A stretch of 39,701 nt of DNA, taken from a virus. The notes under the pieces are model-generated. The model ran no database searches, was not told where the DNA came from, and was given only the letters and a program-made list of their open reading frames with translations. The number at the start of each line of letters is the position of its first letter. Position 1 is the first letter of the stretch. This document shows positions 15,846 through 24,632 of this stretch, piece after piece. The position numbers and the translations under genes are program-made. The stretch lies in IMG/VR virus record IMGVR_UViG_3300045988_055374; one strand, written 5' to 3'.

Positions 15846-15957
15846 AAGCACCAGTGTTCTTTCTTGCCAGTGAAAGTGCATTAAATACCTCACTCCGGGG
15901 GCGGTGGCGTTAGGCTGCCGCCTATGGTGCAATAAATTACTGAAAGGCGGTGAGATT

Positions 15958-16404
15958 GTGGCTGATAAGAAGCTGACGGCAAAACAACAGCGGTTTTGTG
16001 ACGAATACCTGATTGACCTGAATGCAACGCAGGCCGCAATCAGAGCCGGGTATTCAAAGAAAACAGCAAAACAGATTGGGCAGCAAAATTTGACCAAACT
16101 TGACTTGAAGGAATACATAGAAAAACGGATGGCAGAAAAGGAAGCCGCCCTTGTTGCAGACCAGGACGAAGTATTGAAGTATCTAACATCGGTTCTGCGC
16201 GGTGAAAGCCAATCAACGGAAATCGTTGTGGAAGGCATTGGCGATGGATGCAGCGAAGCAAGAACAATCACAAAGGGGCCGTCCGAAAAGGACAGGCTGA
16301 AAGCTGCTGAACTGCTTGGCAAGCGTTATGCGCTGTTCAGGGAGAATGTAAAGCTGGATGCCGTCCCTGTCGTGATTACTGGCGGTGATGATCTTGAGGA
16401 CTGA
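15958..16404 (+). CDS. terS: Terminase small subunit
   Basis: LTAKQQRFCDEYLIDLNATQAAIRAGYSKKTAKQIGQQNL is the classic Terminase_2-type N-terminus. GTG start after gaaaggcggtg. Confidence 0.9.
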   Translation: MADKKLTAKQQRFCDEYLIDLNATQAAIRAGYSKKTAKQIGQQNLTKLDLKEYIEKRMAEKEAALVADQDEVLKYLTSVLRGESQSTEIVVEGIGDGCSEARTITKGPSEKDRLKAAELLGKRYALFRENVKLDAVPVVITGGDDLED

Positions 16405-17677
16405 ACCGCCGAAGATTAGCTTTTATCTCCCTGACATTGTTGGGAAAGGCTATGGCACATTTTGGCGCTTCAAAGGACGATACAGGGTAGTCAAGGGAAG
16501 CCGAGCTTCAAAAAAATCAAAGACAACGGCGCTTTGGTTCGTTGTGAACATGATGCTTTACCCGTTTGACGAAGCCGGAAATCCAACGGGGCTGCTTCCA
16601 AATTTGCTGGTTGTCAGAAAGACATTCCGAACACTGAAAGATAGCTGCTTCACAGAATTGAAGTGGGCCGTGCATCGTCTGAAGGTTGATGCATGGTGGG
16701 AGTTCAAAGAAAGCCCTTTGGAAGCCACATACACGCCCACAGGTCAAAAGATTTATTTCCGTGGGCTGGATGACCCATTGAAGGTTACATCAATCACAGT
16801 GGATGTTGGTGTGCTTTGCTGGGCATGGCTTGAAGAAGCCTATGAAGTCACAAAAGAGGATGATTTCAATATTCTTGATGAATCCATTCGTGGCGAATGC
16901 CCAGCGCCGTTGTTCAAGCAGTGGACAATAACATTTAACCCTTGGAACGAACACCATTGGTTGAAGAAGCGCTTCTTTGATGCGCCGCCCGATCCTGACA
17001 AGCTTGCAATGACCACAAATTACATGTGCAATGAATGGCTGGATGCTGCTGACATCAAGGTCTTTGAGGACATGAAAAAACGCAATCCCAGGCGCTATGC
17101 GGTTGCAGGGCTTGGCGGCTGGGGCATTGTGGACGGCCTTGTATATGAGAACTGGAAAGAAGAACGGTTCGACATCGACACAATACGAAGCAAGCCGGGT
17201 GTTGTTTCTGCCTTTGGCCTTGACTTCGGATATACGAACGACCCATCAACGCTTTTCTGCGGCTTACTTGACCAAAAGGAGAAGCGTTTATTTGTGTTCG
17301 ATGAAATGTATGAAAAGGGCCTGTCAAATAAGCGGATAGCGGAAACAGTGCAGAGCATGGGCTATGGAAAAGAGCATATCACAGCAGATTCAGCAGAGCC
17401 GAAGTCCATTGATGAATTGAAAAGCCTTGGCCTTCGTGTGAAGGGTGCAGCCAAAGGCAAAGACAGCATTGCGAACGGTATTCAGTGGATTCAGGACCTG
17501 GAAATCATCATTCACCCGCGCTGTGTGAACTTCCTGACAGAGATCAGCAATTACACATGGGACACAGACAAGTTCGGGAACAAGCTGAATGCGCCGATTG
17601 ATGATTTCAACCACCTGATGGATGCTATGCGCTACGCATTGGAGAAATACATTGCAGAAAAGAAATGGCTTGTATAG
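16385..17677 (+). CDS. terL: Terminase large subunit (PBSX/Terminase_3-like)
   Basis: Walker-A-like KGSRASKKSKT. Size and position fit, and the C-terminal nuclease region contains DDFNHLMDAMRYA. Confidence 0.9.
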   Translation: MMILRTEPPKISFYLPDIVGKGYGTFWRFKGRYRVVKGSRASKKSKTTALWFVVNMMLYPFDEAGNPTGLLPNLLVVRKTFRTLKDSCFTELKWAVHRLKVDAWWEFKESPLEATYTPTGQKIYFRGLDDPLKVTSITVDVGVLCWAWLEEAYEVTKEDDFNILDESIRGECPAPLFKQWTITFNPWNEHHWLKKRFFDAPPDPDKLAMTTNYMCNEWLDAADIKVFEDMKKRNPRRYAVAGLGGWGIVDGLVYENWKEERFDIDTIRSKPGVVSAFGLDFGYTNDPSTLFCGLLDQKEKRLFVFDEMYEKGLSNKRIAETVQSMGYGKEHITADSAEPKSIDELKSLGLRVKGAAKGKDSIANGIQWIQDLEIIIHPRCVNFLTEISNYTWDTDKFGNKLNAPIDDFNHLMDAMRYALEKYIAEKKWLV

Positions 17678-17708
17678 CCGTTACAAAAATGAAAGAGAGT
17701 GCCACACA

Positions 17709-18155
17709 ATGACAATCAAAGAAATCCTATACGGCAGCGGCGGTGCGCTGGTGCTTATCATGTCGCTTTTGCAGGTGTCCAAAATCAACATCAATCCTTG
17801 GACGGCAATCTTCGGCTGGTTTGGAAAGCAGCTCAATCACGAAGTGCTGTCAAAGGTTTCCGGCCTTGAAAAGAACATGAAGACCATGCAGACGGACATT
17901 GACACAATTAGGGACGAAGGCCGGGAGCGCCATGCCAAGGACTGCCGCGTTAGGATTCTGCGGTTTGCCGATGAAATCTATTTGGGCACAAACCATAGCC
18001 AGGAGCATTATAAACAGGTGCTTGGCGACATCACAGCATACGAAAAATACTGTGATGACCACGCAGAATTTGAAAACCAAATCGCCGTGTCGGCAATCAG
18101 GCAGATAAAAGAAGCCTATGACCGGCACACACGGCAGCACGATTTTTTACAGTAA
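17709..18155 (+). CDS. Hypothetical membrane-anchored protein (149 aa) inserted between terL and portal
   Basis: N-terminal TM helix GSGGALVLIMSLLQV, a coiled coil, and an RILRFADE motif. No family recognised. Confidence 0.5.
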   Translation: MTIKEILYGSGGALVLIMSLLQVSKININPWTAIFGWFGKQLNHEVLSKVSGLEKNMKTMQTDIDTIRDEGRERHAKDCRVRILRFADEIYLGTNHSQEHYKQVLGDITAYEKYCDDHAEFENQIAVSAIRQIKEAYDRHTRQHDFLQ

Positions 18156-18169
18156 GGCGGTGAATCCCT

Positions 18170-19627
18170 ATGCTTACAGTCAGTGAGATTAAGACATTCA
18201 TGGATAGCGATGCAGCAAGCACCAAGAAGCGGCTTGCAAAGGTCGGATTGAAATACTACGAGGGTAACCATGATATTAACAACTATCGGATTTTCTTCTT
18301 TGACGCAGATGGAAAGCTCCAGGAAGATAAGACCAAGAGCAATATCAGAATCAGTCATCCGTTTTTCAAGCTGCTGACGGATCAGCAAGCACAGTATATG
18401 CTTTCTGCGAAGGACGGCTTTGTGAAGTCTGACATTCCGGAGCTTCAGACGGAGCTTGACGCATATTTCAACGAGAATGAATCCTTTGCCGCAGAACTGT
18501 ATGAATTGCTTGTAGGCTGCATTTCCAAGGGGTTTGAGTATATGTATGCCTATAAGGATGAAAACGACAGGACGGCCTTTCAAACGGCTGACAGCATCGG
18601 TGTTGTGGAAGTCCAGGAGAAGGAAACGGATGACGGCTGCGCCTATGTAATCTACTGGTACATTGAGCGTATCGGCAAGGACAATAAGAAAATCAAGCGG
18701 ATTCAAGTTTGGGACAAATCCCAGACCGTTTTTTATTGCCAGGAAGATGATGGGAAGATCGAACTGGACAAGTCCGTTGAAATCAATCCAAGGCCGCATA
18801 TCCTCTACAAGAAGGACGGTGACGAAAGCACCTACTATGAGGATTACGGCCTGATTCCCTTTTTCCGGCTGGATAATGGCAAGAAGCAGGTCAGCGGCGT
18901 GAAGCCCATCAAAGACCTGATTGATGATTACGACCTCATGAATGCAGGCCTTTCCAACAACATCCAGGACACCAACGAAGCACTGTATGTGGTCAGGGGC
19001 TTTCAGGGTGACAACCTGGATGAACTGATGCTGAATATTAAGGCGAAGAAGCATATCGGCGTGGACGATGAAGGCGGCGTTGACATCAAGACCGTGGACA
19101 TCCCGGTGGAAGCCCGGAAAACCAAGATGGAAGTGGACGAAAAGAACATCTTCCGTTTTGGCATGGGGGTCAACACGGAAGCCCTGAAGGACACCAGCGC
19201 CACCACAAGCATTGCTATCAAGTCCGCTTATGCAAACCTTGACCTGAAGTGTGACGGCCTTCTGCCGAGCCTTAAACAGTTCATGCGCAAGCTGCTGAAG
19301 CTGGTGCTGAAGGAGATCAACGACACGCAGGGCACGGACTATGAAAACAAAGATGTGTATTTCACATTCGACCGTGAGATCATCACCAATGCACAGGAGA
19401 ACGCCACCATCGACTTGACCAAGGCGCAGGAGCAGCAAGCGCGGCTGACCACCATTCTGAACGCTTCCCCACAGCTTGGGGATGAATTGACTAAGCAGCT
19501 TATCTGCGAAGCGCTTGAATTGGACTATGACGATGTAAAGGACAAGCTGCCCACGCCGGAAGATGATTCCACGGCGACAGCACAGGCGGCGCTTGGCGGT
19601 GTTATGCCGGAAGGTGATGTGATGTGA
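18170..19627 (+). CDS. Portal protein (SPP1 gp6-like)
   Basis: 485 aa, directly after the terminase module. The N-terminal pattern KKRLAKVGLKYYEGNHDI is typical of SPP1-type portals. Confidence 0.85.
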   Translation: MLTVSEIKTFMDSDAASTKKRLAKVGLKYYEGNHDINNYRIFFFDADGKLQEDKTKSNIRISHPFFKLLTDQQAQYMLSAKDGFVKSDIPELQTELDAYFNENESFAAELYELLVGCISKGFEYMYAYKDENDRTAFQTADSIGVVEVQEKETDDGCAYVIYWYIERIGKDNKKIKRIQVWDKSQTVFYCQEDDGKIELDKSVEINPRPHILYKKDGDESTYYEDYGLIPFFRLDNGKKQVSGVKPIKDLIDDYDLMNAGLSNNIQDTNEALYVVRGFQGDNLDELMLNIKAKKHIGVDDEGGVDIKTVDIPVEARKTKMEVDEKNIFRFGMGVNTEALKDTSATTSIAIKSAYANLDLKCDGLLPSLKQFMRKLLKLVLKEINDTQGTDYENKDVYFTFDREIITNAQENATIDLTKAQEQQARLTTILNASPQLGDELTKQLICEALELDYDDVKDKLPTPEDDSTATAQAALGGVMPEGDVM

Positions 19628-21321
19628 ACAGATGGGAGATTGAGGTGCAGAAATCCTTGCTTGACAGCGAGGAAGCAGCACTGAAGGAGCTTGAAAAGCA
19701 GTATGGCAAGGCCCTGAAGGACATCAACGAAAAGGTCAAGGGCTTTCAGGCTGACATTGACCTGCTGGATCAGGCGCTTTCACAGGACGGCCTGGACGAA
19801 ACCGCAAGGGCGATGCTGCAATCACAGAAGCGGTCAAAGATTTACCAGCAGAATTATCAGAGGGCGCTTCAGGGCCAGATCAGCGGCATTTTGGACAAGA
19901 TGCACGGTGACAATTACGGCACCATTGACAAATACCTGAATGGGTGCTATGAAACCGGCTATGTTGGAACAATGTATTCAATCGCCGGTCAGGGCGTTCC
20001 GCTGGTTATCCCTGTTGACCAGGCGGCTGCTGTAAAGGCCGTACTGACAGATTCCAAGGTCAGCAACGGCCTGTATGCTGCGCTGGGCGTGGATGTCAAA
20101 AAGCTGAAAAAGACCATCACACAGGAGATCAGCCGGGGCATTGCGTCCTCCCTCCCCTATTCTGACATTGCCCGGAACATCAGCAGCGTGTCCAAAGCGC
20201 CGCTGTCCAGAGCGAAAACCATTGCCCGGACTGAAGGCCACCGAATACAGCAGACATCCGCCCGTGATGCGCAGTATGCGGCAAAGAAAAAGGGCGCTGA
20301 TGTGCTGAAGCAGTGGGATGCGGCGCTTGACGGGCGCACAAGGGATTCCCACGCAAGAGTTGACGGCGAAATCAGGGAATTGGATGAAAAGTTCTCCAAT
20401 GGCCTTATGTTCCCCGGCGATCCTTCTGGTGGAGCTGCCGAAGTGGTGAACTGCCGCTGCACGGCAAACACCAGGGCGCGGTGGGCGCTGGATGATGAAG
20501 AACTTCAAACGCTGAAAGAACGCGCTGAATATTTCGGGCTGGACAAGACGGAAAACTTTGAGGATTTCAAGCAGAAGTATTTGAAAGCGGCTGAAAGTGT
20601 GGCTAATACTCCGATGACAGCGGAAGAACAAAAGGTTTACCTGCAAAAATTCCTGCGAGACAAAAACCAAACAGGAACGAGTAAGCCCGTCACAATAGGT
20701 GGTATGGATGTGACTGTGACTAAGGCGCAGTTCGGTTTCCACGATGGGCGCGGCGGCGTGAAAAAGACTGTTGATGCTGTTATATACGAAACGCAGGAAG
20801 GGACGAAGTTTGTATTCCCGAAATCATATAACAAGGCCAACCAGCAAATGACACCGGAACAAGCGATTGCGCTGTGGTCACAAGTCCCCGCCGATATACG
20901 CAGACAGGCGCAAAAAACCATCCAGTTTGTTGATTACTACAATCCGCAGGATAGTTATTGGAAGAAGATGTATAAGAACTTCAGCCATTCTTACGCAACC
21001 GGTGGACAAACTATAACATTTTATCGCTATGATTATCCACATAATGACGCATATGTAATAAGCACATATTGCCACGAAGCAGGGCATTTTATCGACACAA
21101 ACCAAGGAACAAATGGAAGATTTTCTTCCGAAGCCCTATGGACAAAAGCAATGTCTGATGATATAGTAGTAAGTGGGAAAAAGTCTTGCACCGCATACGG
21201 CGAAAATTCTGCAACAGAAGATTTTGCTGAAAGCGTAGCGGAGTATGTGAAAGACAAGAGGGGATTTGAAAAGAACTTCCCGAACCGTGCTGCTATACTT
21301 GCGACAATTATTTCAATTTAG
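19624..21321 (+). CDS. MuF/SPP1 gp7-like head morphogenesis protein fused to a C-terminal HExxH metallopeptidase-like domain
   Basis: MuF core ARTEGHRIQQ...DGRTRDSHARVDGE...VVNCRCT, then a ~230-aa extension with HEAGH (21073-21087) and a downstream EDFAESVAEY. Confidence 0.8.
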   Translation: MNRWEIEVQKSLLDSEEAALKELEKQYGKALKDINEKVKGFQADIDLLDQALSQDGLDETARAMLQSQKRSKIYQQNYQRALQGQISGILDKMHGDNYGTIDKYLNGCYETGYVGTMYSIAGQGVPLVIPVDQAAAVKAVLTDSKVSNGLYAALGVDVKKLKKTITQEISRGIASSLPYSDIARNISSVSKAPLSRAKTIARTEGHRIQQTSARDAQYAAKKKGADVLKQWDAALDGRTRDSHARVDGEIRELDEKFSNGLMFPGDPSGGAAEVVNCRCTANTRARWALDDEELQTLKERAEYFGLDKTENFEDFKQKYLKAAESVANTPMTAEEQKVYLQKFLRDKNQTGTSKPVTIGGMDVTVTKAQFGFHDGRGGVKKTVDAVIYETQEGTKFVFPKSYNKANQQMTPEQAIALWSQVPADIRRQAQKTIQFVDYYNPQDSYWKKMYKNFSHSYATGGQTITFYRYDYPHNDAYVISTYCHEAGHFIDTNQGTNGRFSSEALWTKAMSDDIVVSGKKSCTAYGENSATEDFAESVAEYVKDKRGFEKNFPNRAAILATIISI

Positions 21322-21329
21322 AAGGTGAA

Positions 21330-21506
21330 ATGATGGCAAAGCATAAGAAAATAGAAGGGAAAACGCCTAACGGCGGCGCTTATTCCGAGATATATTTCTT
21401 TGACAATAGCGGTAATATTGTTGATGAATCAAAAGCAACCAAGTGTGTCATCAGGGAGTGCAAGGAAAGCGGCGAATTGATAGCCGAAACTTGGGGCGTT
21501 TTATAA
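21330..21506 (+). CDS. Hypothetical 58-aa protein immediately downstream of the MuF fusion (not in the ORF track)
   Basis: RBS agaaggtg. Sequence MMAKHKKIEGKTPNGGAYSEIYFFDNSGNIVDESKATKCVIRECKESGELIAETWGVL. Confidence 0.5.
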   Translation: MMAKHKKIEGKTPNGGAYSEIYFFDNSGNIVDESKATKCVIRECKESGELIAETWGVL

Positions 21507-21509
21507 AGA

Positions 21510-21540
21510 AGCATCGTGCATCCGCACGGTGCTTTTTCTA
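21510..21540 (+). terminator. Rho-independent terminator
   Basis: AGCATCGTGC-ATCC-GCACGGTGCT followed by TTTTT. Confidence 0.7.
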
Positions 21541-21737
21541 TGCTCAAAACGCACGGCGTGTGTTTTTCGTGTGTTTTTGCTGCGTTTATCGTGCCAAAAT
21601 ATGCCCTTGGGGTTTGCGGACTGCCCATGAAAGCTATTGTTCTGCGGAGCATTTAAGAAAGGCAATATCAGCAAGTAAATAATCAAGTAAAAACATAAGA
21701 AACACCTAAAGATAACTTAATAAACTTCGTAAGAAAG

Positions 21738-21770
21738 CAACTTGTAATTAAAATTTACAGGTTGTTTTTT
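21738..21770 (+). terminator. Rho-independent terminator directly upstream of the holin gene
   Basis: CAACTTGTAA-TTAAAAT-TTACAGGTTG followed by TTTTTT. Confidence 0.65.
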
Positions 21771-21796
21771 AATTTATGAAAGGATGGTAAATAACC

Positions 21797-22012
21797 ATGA
21801 AAAGATGTTGGAAGGACTGGATCAAGAAGGCTGGTATCAGAGCGCTGAAAACCGTTGCGCAGACTGCGGTTGCAACCATCGGCACCAGCGCGGTGCTGAG
21901 TGAAGTAAACTGGATCATGGTGGGCAGCGCTTCCCTGCTGTCCGGTGTGCTGTCTCTGCTGACTTCGCTGGCCGGTATTCCCGAGGAATGCGAGGTTGAA
22001 AGCAATGCCTAA
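21797..22012 (+). CDS. Holin (two TM segments)
   Basis: 71 aa. AGIRALKTVAQTAVATIG and MVGSASLLSGVLSLLTSLAG helices. It overlaps the start of the endolysin. Confidence 0.7.
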   Translation: MKRCWKDWIKKAGIRALKTVAQTAVATIGTSAVLSEVNWIMVGSASLLSGVLSLLTSLAGIPEECEVESNA

Positions 22013-22862
22013 AGTATTTCTTTCCCCCAGCAACCAGTACGATAACCGCTATGCCTACGGTGACACCACCGAGGGCGTACAGTGCGGCAAGATCGCCGAG
22101 GCCTGCAAGGCGGCCTTGGAGCGCAGCGGCGTGACTGTGAAGCTGATGCACGATGAATCCATGCAGGAGAAGTGCGCGGCTTCCAACGCCTTCGGTGCCG
22201 ATCTCCATGTGCCCATCCACACCAACGCCTTTAACGGCACGGTGAGCGGCACCCGGATGTTCTACTACGCCGAGGGCGGGGAAGGTCAGAAGGCTTGTCA
22301 GGCAATTTTTGCCCGGCTGGCCCCGGTCACCCCCGGCACCAGTGAGAATATCCGGGCAGACGCTTCTCTCTACGAGGTGCGGGTGCCTGCCGCCCCTACG
22401 GCCTACATCGAGTGCGAGTTCCACGACAACCCCACCGCGTCTAAGTGGATCGTGGAGAATACCGGGCTTATCGGCGAGACCATCGCCCGGGGCATCTGCG
22501 ACTACTTCGGCGTGACCTTCAAGGGGAAGGAGCAGGCCGCGCCCGCTAAGTCCGTGGACGAGGTTGCCCGGGAGGTGATCCGCGGCGAGTGGGGCAATGG
22601 CTCCGACCGCCGCCAGCGCCTGGAGGCCGCAGGGTACGACTACGACACCGTACAGGATCGCGTGAACGCTATCCTGACGGGCGATGAACCGGAGCAGCCC
22701 GCGCCTGCCGAGCCGGTAGAGCCCACTCCCGAGCCGGAGCAGCCTGCCACCGATAAGCTCTACCGCGTCCAGGTGGGTGCCTTCGCCAACCGCGAAAACG
22801 CGGAAAAGATGCTGAAGCGGCTGACGGATTCCGGATTTGCCGGTTATATCAGAGCTGATTAA
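22005..22862 (+). CDS. Endolysin: N-acetylmuramoyl-L-alanine amidase (Amidase_3-like) + Cpl-7-type repeat + SPOR domain
   Basis: FLSPSNQ...HTNA...ECEFHDN amidase pattern. VIRGEWGNGSDRRQRLEAAGYDYDTVQDRVN is Cpl-7/CW_7-like. YRVQVGAFANRENAEKMLKRL is SPOR. Confidence 0.85.
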   Translation: MPKVFLSPSNQYDNRYAYGDTTEGVQCGKIAEACKAALERSGVTVKLMHDESMQEKCAASNAFGADLHVPIHTNAFNGTVSGTRMFYYAEGGEGQKACQAIFARLAPVTPGTSENIRADASLYEVRVPAAPTAYIECEFHDNPTASKWIVENTGLIGETIARGICDYFGVTFKGKEQAAPAKSVDEVAREVIRGEWGNGSDRRQRLEAAGYDYDTVQDRVNAILTGDEPEQPAPAEPVEPTPEPEQPATDKLYRVQVGAFANRENAEKMLKRLTDSGFAGYIRAD

Positions 22863-22896
22863 ACCATTTTCGTGACATCACGGATATGGTTTTTTC
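22862..22896 (+). terminator. Rho-independent terminator after the lysis cassette
   Basis: AACCAT...CGTGA-CA-TCACG...ATGGTT followed by TTTTT. Confidence 0.65.
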
Positions 22897-23023
22897 ATTG
22901 CCCAGGACACGGCGCTTAAACTATCCAACAAATAATTTTGTCTTGCGCCCGGACGCTTAAACGGGTGCTTGTCAGTGGATGATACCACGCTTAAAAACAA
23001 CGACAAGAAAGGAAACACAAACA

Positions 23024-23680
23024 ATGGAATTTCTGAAAGAGATTTTGGGCGAAGAACTCTATAAGCAGGTGGAAACCGCACTCAACGCCTACAACGGCAA
23101 CGAAGCCAACAAGGACAAGCAAATCAAACTTGCCAACCTTGGCAGCGGCGAATATGTCGGCAAGGGGAAGTATGATTCCCTTCAGGCGTTGCTTGACGGA
23201 AAGACGACCGAACTGGACACCGCCAACGGCCTGATTGCCGAGCTGAAGAAGGGCACCAAGGGCAATGAGGACTTGCAGGGCAAGATCACCGGCTATGAAA
23301 CGCAGGTGCAGCAGCTTCAGGCAGAGCTTGAAAAGACCAAGCTGGAAAACGCTATCCAGCTTGCCTTGCGCGATGCAAAGGCGGTCGATCCCGACTATTT
23401 GGCTTTCAAGCTGCGCGAGAAGTACAGTGCCGATGAACTGACGCTTGACGAAAACGGCAAGGTCAAGGGCATGGATGACAAGCTGGCCGGGCTGAAAACG
23501 CAGTTTCCGGCGCAGTTTGAAGGCTCCGGCAGCAAGAAGGTCATCGAGAACAAGCTGCCTGACGAACAGGGCGGCGGCGATTCTGTGACGAAGGATGACT
23601 TCGCCAAAATGAGCTACCAGGAACGGCTGAAGCTGTTCAACGAGAATCCCGATACCTACGCAGAACTCACAAAAAATTGA
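23024..23680 (+). CDS. Scaffolding protein (GP20-like)
   Basis: Coiled-coil-rich, 218 aa, directly upstream of the major capsid gene. Starts MEFLKEILGEELYKQVE. Confidence 0.8.
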   Translation: MEFLKEILGEELYKQVETALNAYNGNEANKDKQIKLANLGSGEYVGKGKYDSLQALLDGKTTELDTANGLIAELKKGTKGNEDLQGKITGYETQVQQLQAELEKTKLENAIQLALRDAKAVDPDYLAFKLREKYSADELTLDENGKVKGMDDKLAGLKTQFPAQFEGSGSKKVIENKLPDEQGGGDSVTKDDFAKMSYQERLKLFNENPDTYAELTKN

Positions 23681-23700
23681 CATGAAAGGAAACCGATACA

Positions 23701-24576
23701 ATGGCTAATCAGACTACCAAACTTTCTGACCTGATTAATCCCCAGGTCATGGCGGACATGATTTCCGCTAAAATCGCAAACAAGATCGTTGTCGCGCCCT
23801 TTGCGAAGATCGACACCACCCTTCAGGGCGTTCCCGGCAACACCGTTACCGTTCCGCAGTACGCCTATATCGGCGATGCTGCCGACATCGCGGAGGGCGT
23901 GGCCGCTGAAACCGTGAAGCTGACCGCTTCCACCACTACCGTCACCGTCAAGAAGGCCATGAAGGCCGTTGAGCTGACGGACGAAGCGGTTCTTTCCGGC
24001 TATGGCAATCCCGTTGGCGAAACCAACACCCAGCTTGCGAAGTCCATTGCTTCCAAGGTGGACAGTGATGCAATGACCGCCCTTCAGGGCGCACAGCTCA
24101 CCTATGACGGCAGCGCCGCCGCGATCAAGTATTCCGGCATCGTGGACGCTATTGATCTGTTCGAGGAGGAGATCAACAGCGAAAAGGTCATCTTCGTCCA
24201 CCCCAAGCAGGTGACGCAGCTCCGCAAGGATTCCGATTTCATCAGCGCGGACAAGTACAAGGCCGGTGTCATCCTGTCCGGCGAGATCGGCATGATCGCA
24301 AACTGCCGTGTGGTGCCGTCCAAGAAGGTGCCCGTGGTGAAGGTTGGCGAAACCGGCAGTCAGGTTGATTGCTACGCCTGCCCCATCGTCAAGCTGAACA
24401 ATGATGCGGAAACCGAGGATGACGCTGCCGCGCTGACCATCTACCTGAAGCGTGACACCAATGTGGAGACCGACCGCGTGAGCCTGTCCCGCAAGACCGA
24501 CATTTCCGTTGACAAGCACTACGCCGTGGCCCTGTCCAACACTTCCAAGGTGGTTCTGGCCAAGTTCAAGAAGTGA
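23701..24576 (+). CDS. Major capsid protein
   Basis: 291 aa following the scaffold gene. The N-terminal pattern LSDLINPQVMADMISAKI is typical of this capsid family. Confidence 0.85.
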   Translation: MANQTTKLSDLINPQVMADMISAKIANKIVVAPFAKIDTTLQGVPGNTVTVPQYAYIGDAADIAEGVAAETVKLTASTTTVTVKKAMKAVELTDEAVLSGYGNPVGETNTQLAKSIASKVDSDAMTALQGAQLTYDGSAAAIKYSGIVDAIDLFEEEINSEKVIFVHPKQVTQLRKDSDFISADKYKAGVILSGEIGMIANCRVVPSKKVPVVKVGETGSQVDCYACPIVKLNNDAETEDDAAALTIYLKRDTNVETDRVSLSRKTDISVDKHYAVALSNTSKVVLAKFKK

Positions 24577-24632
24577 CAAGTCGCTTTGTTAAAAGCGTTG
24601 GAATGAAACAAGAAGTAAGGAGCTGAAACCTT

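Noticed and set aside
18116-19681. 521-aa minus-strand ORF
   Set aside because: It is exactly antisense to the well-supported portal gene. Composition is odd, with no RBS and no recognisable motifs. It is a shadow ORF.
21443-21682. 79-aa + strand ORF (and the minus ORFs 21380..21652 and 21501..21686)
   Set aside because: It is Cys/Arg-rich. It overlaps the better-supported 58-aa ORF and runs straight through an intrinsic terminator.
23656-24579. 307-aa minus-strand ORF
   Set aside because: It is antisense to the major capsid gene and is a G/L/V-rich shadow ORF. The same reasoning applies to 22991..23701, 19978..20742, 10577..11341, 8876..9628 and 31181..31924.
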